Positions 10,253 through 20,229 are shown, counted from the first letter of the stretch. The stretch is DNA of 21,200 nucleotides from Octopus sinensis (GCF_006345805.1 NW_021823780.1:1-21200); one strand, 5' to 3'. The notes: generated from the sequence alone by a model not told the origin. Translations and numbers: made by a program.

Positions 10253-10332
10253 AAAAATTTAAATATATATATCATACGCATACATATATAGTTATGTAAT
10301 GCACACACATGTATATATATACAATACATGTG

Positions 10333-10366
<34 letters not shown>

Positions 10367-10424
10367 ATATATACATACGCATATATACGGATGGACAGAC
10401 AGACAGCTAGCTAGACAGCTAGAC

Positions 10425-10455
<31 letters not shown>

Positions 10456-10503
10456 GTTTGGGATGTGTGTTTGTACACACTAATACAACACAACATTTTA
10501 CAG

Positions 10504-10613
10504 TTTCATTTGACAAGATAAAGTCAATTGCTTGGCCTGACATTTCTCGTATGATCAAAGGAATTCGATACCCTGTGATCAGTTATATTGATTGCCGTGC
10601 AGAATGTGGGCAC
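10504..10613 (+). CDS. Candidate 110-bp internal exon of an unidentified gene
   Basis: ctaat branch-like motif, ttttacag acceptor and consensus GTGAGT donor. Only one frame is open: SFDKIKSIAWPDISRMIKGIRYPVISYIDCRAECGH. It is a unique-sequence island among repeats. No homology recognised. Confidence 0.48.
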
Positions 10614-10792
10614 GTGAGTGTATATGTGCACGTATGCGTGTGCGTGTGAGAGCTCGTCTGTGTAGTACGTTGTGGCGTTCATTCTGACCCCATAAAGCAA
10701 GAGAATTAGCGAAGTATGCGATCTACAACTGTGAATCCAACATCTAGCTCCAGTCTAGGTGACCTTTAACTTCTGTGCAACGAGGACTCATT

Positions 10793-10990
10793 GGTGGATT
10801 AGAGGTTAGGGGTGTTGAACTCATGATCGTAAGATTGCGGTTTCGATTCCTGGACCGGGCAATGCGATGTGTTCTTGAGCCAACATACTTCATTTCACGT
10901 TGCTCAGTTTACTCAGCTGGCAAAAATGAGTAATCCCGTGACGAACCGTAAAACCGACCCTTATGAATCGGCATGATACGAGAGGGAAAC
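10793..10990 (+). mobile_element. SINE family C with internal deletion in the tail
   Basis: ggttaggggtgttgaactcatgatcgtaagattgcggtttcgattcctggaccgggc ... actcagctggcaaaaatgagtaatccc. Confidence 0.85.
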
Positions 10991-11020
10991 TTTGCCTGCA
11001 TTTTTTCATTGACAATAAAA

Positions 11021-11665
11021 GTAATTCTTTCTAATTTGGGAGACAGGGCCAACAATTTTAAGCGAGGGTAAGGCGAGAACATCGATCCCCGTGTTCTGCT
11101 GGTGGTTATTTTATCGACACTGAAAAGATGAAAGGCAAGGTTGATCACGGAGAGGTTGAAAAAAGTCAAGCTCGGCAACGACGAACGGTAAAGTCGACCC
11201 GAGCGACGACGGACGGTAAAATCGACCTCGGTGACGACGGACGGTAAAGTCGATCCCGGCGACGACGGACGGTAAAGTCGACCTCGGTGACGACGGACGG
11301 TAAAGTCGACCTCGGTGACGACGGACGGTAAAGTCGACCTCGACAACAACGGACAGTAAAGTCGACCTCGGTGACGACGGACGATAAAGTCGACCTCGGT
11401 GTCGACGGACGGTAAAGTTGACCTGGGCGACGACGGACGGTAAAATCGACCTGGGCGACGACGGACGGTAAAGTCAACCTGGGTGACGACGGACGGTAAA
11501 ATCGACCCCGGCGACGACGGACGGTAAAGTCAACCTGGTCGACGACGGACGGTAAATTCAACCTCGGCGACTGTGAACGGCAGAGTCAACCTCGGCGGAA
11601 AGCAGAAGAAAATGCCAGTAAACATTTCGTCCGGCGTGGTTAACGATTCTGTCAGATCGCGGCCT
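11021..11665 (-). mobile_element. SINE family B copy expanded by an internal minisatellite
   Basis: Head at about 11620-11665 (cgtccggcgtggttaacgattctgtcag), core gatgaaaggcaaggttga at about 11129 and tail gtaattctttctaattt at 11021. Confidence 0.8.
11162..11598. repeat. CpG-rich 28-bp minisatellite, 15 full units plus a partial unit
   Basis: Unit aaagtcgacctcgg(t/c)gacgacggacggt with exact 28-bp periodicity (starts 11162, 11190 ... 11554, 11582) and no spacers. Confidence 0.97.
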
Positions 11666-11882
11666 TTTTTTTAATAATATAAATGATATTTAAAACGGAT
11701 AATAATAGCAGGTCTAATGTGGCTAATTGTGAGATTAAAATTTGCTTCCGCCCTTTATCTTCATCTTCATCTTCACTGTAAGTTAACATAGCGTTTAAAT
11801 TGAAAAGAAAAAGAATGATGGGTTGGTGTGTGTTTAGTTCCGGATCACCTTCGATATGAAACAGATCTATTCTTAAAGGCTA

Positions 11883-12081
11883 AAGCGGCAAGCTGGCAGA
11901 ATCGTTAGCACGTCGCACAAAATGCTTAGCGGCATTTCTTACGGATGTTTACGTTCTTAGTTCAAATCACGCCGAGATCAACTTAGCTTTTCATTTCTAC
12001 GCGGTCGATGAAAAACTAAAGAAATAGCAAAATTTTAGGAGCGATGTAATCGATTTGCACCTCCCCTCAGAATTCTTGGAC
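11883..12081 (+). mobile_element. SINE family B, 3'-truncated
   Basis: aaagcggcaagctggcagaatcgttagcacgtcgc ... gttcaaatcacgccgagatcaac ... gcgatgtaatcgat. Confidence 0.82.
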
Positions 12082-12209
12082 TTAAACCCTGCAACGGGTT
12101 GGTGTCCTGTTTAGGAAAATATTGTGATCTCGGTCACTTATATGCCACGGAGACCAAGTAAACTGGCAGTATGAGCCTCAGGGTTCAAGAAAATTAAAAA
12201 GAAAACAAC
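12082..12209 (+). mobile_element. 3' tail fragment of SINE family C
   Basis: aaccctgcaacggg ... tcggtcacttatatgccacggagacc resembles 5994-6075. Confidence 0.6.
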
Positions 12210-12728
12210 GATCAAAGGCTTCTCAGTCGTGACCATCTCGCGTAAGGAACGTAAAACATTTTTATCTACGAGTCATTTTTAAACCAGTAGAGTAAGATTC
12301 GAGGGTGATTTGGCAGCTATTTCTAGCAGGTCACGTTCCCTCTATGGTCCATTCTTTTCTGTGACCGAACACCTGGCTTAAATGCTCTTACTTACAAAGT
12401 GATTATTTATCTCTCGCTCCTTCAGCCATTTTCCTTCTACCATTTCCTATGTTTCGTTGTCTACTTTCCTAAATATTGGGTCACTAACGAACAACTCTCT
12501 CTTGCTTTATCTCTCCTTCCTTCTTCTCTTTCTGTCATCCATAGCTCCTATACTTTCACTCTCTCGATTCTACTGCATAAACGTCCCACATAGCTATTTA
12601 TCTTTCTCAATTTACTACCCTTTATAATTTTTTCTCTCTCACTTTTCACCTCTCTCGGCGCACTCACTACTTTCTCTTTCCAACGAGAAACAGAAAGAGA
12701 GAGAGAGAGAACTTAACAAGTAACTTAG

Positions 12729-12764
<36 letters not shown>

Positions 12765-13230
12765 ATACACTTCTGCTCGTGCGCGCGCCCGTATGAGTGC
12801 GTGTGTATGTATGTTATGTATGTATGTATGCGACTACGAACTTACATCGATCAATACCTTGTCCAGCAAACAGAACCGTGCACATGTACGATGGTCAGTT
12901 TTTCTTTCTTTATTTCATTTTTTTAATTTTTGCTGATTGTTTTTTCATTATTGATGAGATTCAGTGATGCGGAACGATGAACCCCTCCTCTTAACACACA
13001 AAACCCCTAATAGGGAATTCTTGTTTTTTTTTTGTTGTATTTATTTATTTTTATCATTTTGTTTTGTAATATTGCGGGATTTTCCTTGTTCTCTCCACTG
13101 GACCGTATTTCTCAGGGCACAGGGAGTGGGTGGAAGAGGTGATTGGATAGAAGGTGCTGAAGTGGGGTGGGAACGAAGTGGTATTACCGGGATGCGATGA
13201 AGGCCAGAGAGCAGAAATAACCTACATAAG

Positions 13231-13244
13231 GGCCAATGACGTCA
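13231..13244. promoter_or_regulatory. Overlapping CCAAT box and full CRE palindrome (GGCCAATGACGTCA)
   Basis: ccaat at 13233-13237 and tgacgtca at 13237-13244 in non-repetitive sequence. Motif match only. Confidence 0.2.
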
Positions 13245-13460
13245 ACGTATGACAAAACAAACAAATAAAAAAAAAACTAAGGAAGCAAAAGAGAGAAAGA
13301 GGAGGGGGAGAGTGGGAGGGGGAGGTGAAAAAGAAGGCTGAGAAACAAAAATGAAAGTCCAGGGCTAATCACGTTCGTTTCCTCCCACCACCGAAAGGTG
13401 TTGTAGGAGTAGAGGAATAAAAATAGAAGCGGAAGGTGGGTGTTTGTTAGTGTTGTAGTA

Positions 13461-13680
13461 GATGAGGATAATGATGACGGCTTTGATGATGACGATTATG
13501 ATGACGATGATGATGATGATGATTATGATGACGATGATAATGATGACGACGATGATAATGATGATGATGATGATTATGATGACGATGATAATGATGACGA
13601 CGATGATAATGATGATAATGACGATGATGATGATGATGGTGATGATGATGATGATGATGACAATGTCGACGATGGTGATA
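13461..13680. repeat. (GAT/GAC)n tract with an internal duplication
   Basis: gattatgatgacgatgataatgatgacgacgatgataat occurs twice (about 13521 and 13572). Confidence 0.95.
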
Positions 13681-13685
13681 GCGTT

Positions 13686-13857
13686 ATACTCTTTACTCTC
13701 TTTACTCTTTTACTTGTTTCAGTCATTTGACTGTGGCCATGCTGGAGCACCGCCTTTAGTCGAGCAAATCGACTCCAGGACTTATTCTTTGTAAGTCCAG
13801 TACCGAACCGCTAAGTTACGGGGACGTAAACACACCAGCATCGGTTGTCAAGCGATG
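13686..13857 (-). mobile_element. SINE family A, 3' half only
   Basis: Tail through tcaagcgatg, with a small internal deletion (gtccagtac|cgaaccg). Confidence 0.88.
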
Positions 13858-13873
13858 ATAATGATGATGATGA

Positions 13874-14027
13874 TTAGCTCCAGGTTAGTTCTGATAGAGT
13901 AGAGAAACGAATACGTTCAAAGGTATTTTCCAGCCGTGACCATCTCGTCTTTTTTAGAGGTATTTAGGACTACATAATCTAATGTTTTCTTTCCCTTTGT
14001 TTAAGAAGGTAGGTTGTGATCTGAGAA
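13874..14027 (+). repeat. Unclassified repeat D
   Basis: ttagctccagg ... ttcaaaggtattttccagccgtgaccatctcg ... ggtaggttgtgatctgag, degenerating into a GA tract. Confidence 0.6.
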
Positions 14028-14234
14028 AGAAAGAAAGAAATAGAGAGAGAGAGAGAGAGAAACAAAGAGAGGGAAAGAAAGAAAGAGAGAAAGAGAGAAA
14101 AAGAGAAAGAGTATGGAAACGAGGCAGCAGGCTTTATGACTCCTTGGGTGTGTCACCCAATTAGTTAGGACGTGCGTCACACTCTGTTTGGCAGTTATCA
14201 CTAGAAGCTGATACTGTTACGAACACAGTGAAAT

Positions 14235-14687
14235 GGGAGATTCGTTAGCATGCCGGACAAAATGTTAAGCTGCATTTACTCCGTCTTATGCGTTCTAAGT
14301 TCAAATTCCCTCGAGGTCGACTTTGGCTTTCATACTTACGGGGTCGATAAAACAAGTACCTATTTCTTTACTACCCACAAGGGGCTAAACACAGAGAGGA
14401 CAAACAAGGACAGAAAAACGGATTAAGTTGATTATATCGACCCCAGTGCGTAATTGGTACTTAATTTATCGACCCCGAAAGGATGAAAGGCAAAGTCGAC
14501 CTCAGCAGAATTTGAACTGAGTACGTAACGGCAGACGAAATACCGCTAAGCATTTCGCCCAGCGTGCTAACGTTTCTGCAGCTCGCCACCTTAAAACAAG
14601 TATCAATGGAGTACTGAGGTCGATGTAATTGACTTCCTTTTGTCCCTCAAAATTGCTGGCCTTGTGCCAAAATTAGAAAGAATTATT
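14235..14687 (+). mobile_element. Older SINE family B (tail-3) acting as host of a nested insertion
   Basis: The 5' part ends ...gtcgataaaacaagta at 14358. It resumes aaaacaagtatcaatggagtactgagg and ends ...gccaaaattagaaagaattatt. Confidence 0.88.
14359..14591 (-). mobile_element. SINE family B, tail-1 type, full length, nested with an 11-bp TSD
   Basis: TAAAACAAGTA at both 14348-14358 and 14592-14602. Confidence 0.92.
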
Positions 14688-14783
14688 TCTTCTGATTTTG
14701 AAAAGTGCTACGGATGAAAATTGTAAGAGACAGGCTTCTCTCCAAGGAAGCGACGAATGGCATAACACTTACGCGCATCGAAT

Positions 14784-15355
14784 GGCGAGCTGGCAGAAAC
14801 GTTAGCACGCCGGGCGAAATGCTTAGCGGTATTTCGTCTGCGTTACGTTATGAGTTCAAAATCCGCCGAGATCGACTTTGCCTTTCATCCTTTCGGGGTC
14901 GATAAATTAAGTACCAGTTACGCACTGGGGTCGATGTAATCGACTTAATACCTATGTCTGTCCTTGTTTGTCCCCTCTGTGTTTAGCCCCTGTGGGTAAT
15001 AAAGAAATAGGTATTTCGTCTGCGCGTTACGTTGAGTTCAATTCCGCCGAGGTCGACTTTGCCTTTCATCCTTTCGGGGTCGATAATTAAGTACCATTTA
15101 CGCACTGGGGTCGATGTATCGACTTAATACCTATGTCTGTCCTTGTTTGTCCCCTCTGTGTTTAGCCCCTTGGGTATAAATAAGGTAATTTCGTCTGCCA
15201 ATACCTTCTGAATTCAAATTCCGCCAAAGTCGACTTTACCTTTCATCCTTTCAGGGTCAATAAATTAAGTACCAGTTGTGTACTGGTGTCGATCTAATCG
15301 ACTGCCCCGCTTCCCCAAAATTTCGGGCCTTGTGCCTAGAGTAGAAAAGAATATT
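14784..15355 (+). mobile_element. SINE family B trimer (head + tail-1 unit, head-less tail-1 unit, head-less tail-2 unit)
   Basis: GGTA at 14828, with junctions at 15010 and 15184. Ends gccttgtgcctagagtagaaaagaatatt. Confidence 0.92.
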
Positions 15356-15443
15356 CCTGGACAAAGGAAGCTAAACGCAGCCTACGACCGAGGACAGAAA
15401 AGAGTGAAGTAACTTTTGGAATTTTAAGTGACTATAACTGTAG

Positions 15444-15480
15444 GTCCGACAAATAAGTGATTATAAACGGAGTTTCGCTA
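15444..15480 (+). CDS. Weak candidate 37-bp exon
   Basis: ctgtag acceptor with a poor pyrimidine tract, and GTAAGG donor. The phase-0 frame VRQISDYKRSFA is compatible with the exon ending at 10613. Confidence 0.15.
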
Positions 15481-15522
15481 GTAAGGCAGTTTCTGAACAT
15501 TACTGTAATTGTTGTCCTTGTT

Positions 15523-16236
15523 AACACACACACACACATGTATATACATATGAATATTCCCACACACAGGTATAAACATATATGTATACACTCACACCTA
15601 CACACATATATACATATATAATTGTATACACACACATGTATATACATATATATGTATACACACACACACACAAACACACAAACATATTATATATATACAT
15701 ATATACACCCCCCACACACATATATATATATAATATATATATATATACACACACGCACCAACATAAATCATACGCACACCATATCATACACACACACACA
15801 CCAACATACATCACGCACACACATCATACACACCCATCACACACATCATACAAACACATCACACACATACACACACTAACATATATCATACGCCCACACA
15901 CATCATACACACACACACACACCAACATACACCAACATACACCACACATACATCATACCCACACACATCACACACACATATATAGTAGATTATGTTGTAA
16001 CACATAAGTAGGCCAGCACACACATACGTATATTTTTGTCATACTATACACTATATATTATGTGTGTGTGTATTACACATTATAATGTATATATATATAT
16101 ACAATCCATAGTGAATAACACATATCTCTATATACAACATATATATAACATAAGAGACGTGTGATTACAATATATATAATGTATAACAATGTATAGTATA
16201 CACGTGTGTGTGTGTGTGTGTTTGTGTGTGTGTGTG
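15523..16236. repeat. CA/TA mosaic with degenerate CACATCATA-like units
   Basis: catcatacacacacacacaccaacata-like block at about 15783 and about 15901. Confidence 0.9.
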
Positions 16237-16464
16237 AAGGAGAGACAGTGAAAGCAAGTAAGATAGTAAAATGGCTAGATAAAGCATCAGTATTCTAGCA
16301 TTGAGATAATTAAGATAAGCGGTATAGACAAGTTGTATACACCTCGCTTTGAAGTGATGATAAATTGATATGTTGATATCAGTATAGTATAGCTCTAAAC
16401 ACCTCTTAAAGAGATTAGTAACGATATTTATTATCATATAGAACGGAATAGAGACGGTTGCACT

Positions 16465-16542
16465 TCACAAACACACGCACACACACACACACACACACAA
16501 AGAGACATAATACATGTGTGTGCGTGTGTGTATGTATGTGAG

Positions 16543-16574
<32 letters not shown>

Positions 16575-16580
16575 TATGTG

Positions 16581-16656
<76 letters not shown>

Positions 16657-16760
16657 ATGTGTGTGTAAATGTGTGTGTATATATATATATATAGAGAGAG
16701 AGAGATAGATAGATGCATGTGTGTAAATGTATATATATGTATGTATGTATGTGTAAATGT

Positions 16761-16801
<41 letters not shown>

Positions 16802-16847
16802 TATGTGTGTATGTATGTGTGAAAATGTATATATATGTATGTAAATG

Positions 16848-16878
<31 letters not shown>

Positions 16879-16910
16879 AAATGTGCATATATATATATAT
16901 GTGTGTATGG

Positions 16911-16973
<63 letters not shown>

Positions 16974-16987
16974 AGACAGGTAGATAT

Positions 16988-17054
<67 letters not shown>
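16465..17054. repeat. CA/GT/TA mosaic followed by (GATA)n
   Basis: Dinucleotide mosaic to about 16910, then about 35 gata units. Confidence 0.95.
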
Positions 17055-17055
<1 letters not shown>

Positions 17056-17346
17056 CGCTAAGATACATATAACAGACCCGTACAGAGAGATGAAGCTCTG
17101 AGAAAATATAGCGATTTCGTCTTAGACGGCAAAGAAGGAATCTAAAAGAAGACATCGGAGGGAATGAGGAGTCAGAATATTAAAGAAGAAAAACAGCAAC
17201 AACTACATCAACAATAGCCGTGGCAATAACAACAACAACAGCGACAGTACTGTTGTTATTATAAGCCGCAAGGGTAGAAATCACAACGCCATTACAATGT
17301 ACAGTACAACAAGGTGTTGAACATCCATTATTAATTGGCGGCCATT

Positions 17347-17764
17347 AAGGCGGCGAGCTGGCAGAATCGTTAGCGCGCAGGACGAAATGCTTAGCGGTAA
17401 TTTCATCTGCCGATACGTTCTGAGTTCAAATTCCGCCGAGATCGACTTTGCCTTTCATCCTTTCGGGGTCGATAAATTAAGTACCAGTTACGCACTGGAG
17501 TCGATGTAATCGACTTAATACCTTTGTCTGTCCTTGTTTGTCCCCTCTGTGTTTAGCCCCTTGAGGGTAATAAAGAAATAGGTATTTCGTCTGCCGATAC
17601 GTTCTGAGTTCAAATTCCGTCGAGATCGACTTTGCCTTTCATCCTTTCGGGGTCGATTAAATAAGTACCAGTTACGCAATGGGGTCGATGTAATCGACTT
17701 AATCCGTTTGTCTGTCCTTGTTTGTCCTGTGTTTAGCCCCTTGTGGGTAGTAAAGAAATAGGTA
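17347..17764 (+). mobile_element. SINE family B dimer (head + two tail-1 units)
   Basis: GGTA at 17396, 17581 and 17761, giving units of 185 and 180 bp. Confidence 0.92.
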
Positions 17765-17780
17765 TATATATAAATATATA

Positions 17781-17935
17781 TACGACGGGTTTTTTCCAGT
17801 TTCCGTCTACCAAATTCATTCTCACAGCTTTGGCTGACCCAATGCTATAGATAAAAGACACTTGCCCAGTGTGCCACAAGTGAGATTGAACCCAGGACCA
17901 CGTTGTGGGGAAGCGAGCTTCTTACCACAACCACG
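17781..17935 (-). mobile_element. SINE family A, 5' half, diverged
   Basis: Minus: cgtggttgtggtaagaagctcgcttcccc ... gggcaagtgtc ... gtagacggaaactg ... cccgtcgta. Confidence 0.8.
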
Positions 17936-18315
17936 TTGTCCAGAAAATTGCTGAAATATTTTGTACATTGTAAAGATATAAGCAATTTACAGTAAATAGA
18001 TTTTTAACAACAAAATCTTATATGGATCTCGGACGGGGCCAAAAGATCAATAATGAAACTGAGAATTATTATAATTATGTCCCAGGATGCCGAGGGTAGG
18101 CAGACGGGCAATAGCATAATGTAGAAGGGATGTGTTGGAGTTTAAGGGATGAGGGAGCAATAAGTAGTTGCCATGGTGGATGGTAGTGGGGGTGAGAAGC
18201 GATTATGATTACTATTTTGGTAAATATATGAGTGATTAGCAAGCAGAAAACAATGTCACCACACACCCTTATCCTACGATTACGTGTTCTATGAGTGCAT
18301 GGGTTCAATATCCCT

Positions 18316-18745
18316 CTATCTATCTATCTTTATCGCTCTATCTAGCTATCTATCCATCTATCTGTCTGTCTGTCTATCTTTATCGCTCCATCTACCTATA
18401 TATATATATCTCTATCAATCTATCTATCTATCACTATCTCTCTATCCATCTATCTATATCTGTTTTTATCTCTCTCTATGTCTATCTATCTATATCTCTC
18501 AATATCTATCTATCTATCTATCTATCTATATATATATATATATATCTTCATCTATATATATATATATATATATAATATATATATAATCTATATGTCTCTC
18601 TATGTCTATCAATCTATATCTCTCAATCTCTCTCTCCTCTCTCTTATATATATATATATATCTTCATCTATATATATATATATATATATTCTATATCTCT
18701 CTCTAGGTCTATCTATCTATATCCCTCAATATATATCTATCTCTA

Positions 18746-18796
<51 letters not shown>

Positions 18797-18939
18797 TCAT
18801 CTATATATATATTCTATAACCATCTATCTATATATGTCCCTCTATCCATCCATCCCTCCATCTCTATCTATCTATCTATCCTATCTATCTAAGTACCCAG
18901 ACATATATATGTATATTCTGATATGTATATATATATATT

Positions 18940-18972
<33 letters not shown>

Positions 18973-19135
18973 TATATATAGAATATATATATATATCGTA
19001 CAAATGTGTGTTTGAGTGTGTGAGAGAGAGAGAGAGAGAGAGAATGAGTAAATGAGAGTTTCGTTTTTACTTTCATTACAAATATTTGTATGAATCATAT
19101 GAAAATATACAATTCTCCAATGTGACTTGATTTTC

Positions 19136-19170
<35 letters not shown>

Positions 19171-19175
19171 TATAT
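18316..19175. repeat. TATC/TC/TA mosaic with a hidden three-copy higher-order repeat
   Basis: Landmarks ctctcta(t/g)gtctatc, ctcaat and cttcatc each occur three times in the same order between 18472 and 18815. Confidence 0.9.
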
Positions 19176-19479
19176 AAATACCCAACAACAGCTATAGCAA
19201 CATCAATAACAAACATAATGATAATAAGAATAAATATAAATATCAAAAATAAGCATACAAAAAAGAAACTGATTTTTTTGCAATAACAAGAAAACAACAA
19301 GGGCGATAATAAAAACAACAATAATGGCGAATTATGTTGCAAAAAAAAAAACAATTCAAAATGGAACGGGGTGTGTGGGGGTGGGCAGCTTTAAAATTTT
19401 CGATTACTGCGATGCGTGTACATATGTATGTAGGGAGCTGGGAGACCGATGGCGGGGAGACGGGCTGAGTATTTAATGA

Positions 19480-19519
<40 letters not shown>

Positions 19520-20229
19520 TTAATATTAATATGGAGGAAGGAGAAAAAATTTGAAAAATCCTTTTGTTTCTCTCTCTCTCTCTCTCTCTCTCCCTCATTC
19601 GTCTCTCAGATTTATTTATTTATTTATTTATTTATTTCATTTTCATTCCCTGATTTCTTGTCCCCTATAAATACAAACGTTAGCTATCGAATCGAGTCAA
19701 AAACCTTATTATTGGAGCCAGTTGACATGTGTTTCTTCACTCTCTGGCTGTATGCAGTATGTGCGTATGAACGGGTGTATATATATGCTTAAAGCTTATG
19801 GCGATCATCGTGCAATGACTAAGGAAAAGAGTTTCTAATAAAGCGGCATATAAGCCCTCGACAGAAAAAAGAAGGCTGCTAGCAGTAGTGATTATAGTCA
19901 TCGCCACAAGCTGTAAACTTATATAAAAAATACCATTATTATTATTATTTACAGGATTGTAAAATACGGTGCCGTATTAAAAAAAAAACCCATTCGCCCT
20001 GAAAGCATATATATGACCGCGTGTGTACCGTTGGAAATTTTTTCCTCCGTCTTCCCTTCTTTGGATCTTTCCTTTTCCTATGTTTCTGACAAAGAGCTCC
20101 GCTCGAAACATTGAACCCTCCTTCTTTCCTTCTTTCCTGAGCATCCAATAACACTATACTTGGTCCACGTCCTCACGTTATTGTGTTTTCTCTCTGTGTT
20201 TTCATGTTTGGATTAACTTTCTCTCTCTC

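Larger units (their letters stand above)
11832..12336 (+). repeat. Repeat D interrupted by a B/C chimeric insert
   Basis: The D start tttagttccgg...cagatctattcttaaaggc (11832-11880) resumes as gatcaaaggcttctcagtcgtgaccatc at 12210. Confidence 0.5.

Noticed and set aside
10530-10613. Tyrosine-phosphatase-like WPD and Cx5R motifs in the candidate exon
   Set aside because: The spacing is too short (18 residues) and the catalytic loop lacks HC(x5)R.
10909-11561. Repetitive ORFs of 146 and 131 aa (PSVVTEVDFTV...)
   Set aside because: They are frame-rotating translations of the 28-bp minisatellite.
11162-11598. CRISPR array (28-bp repeats)
   Set aside because: The units are contiguous with no unique spacers, there are no cas genes, and the context is a eukaryotic SINE.
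14784-15355. Helitron/HINE identity for the tandem B units
   Set aside because: The A/B-box head and the 11-bp TSD at 14348/14592 favour a retroposed SINE, and I see no clear Helitron termini.
19666-19673. TATA box (TATAAATA)
   Set aside because: Expected by chance in AT-rich DNA, with no convincing initiator or downstream exon.
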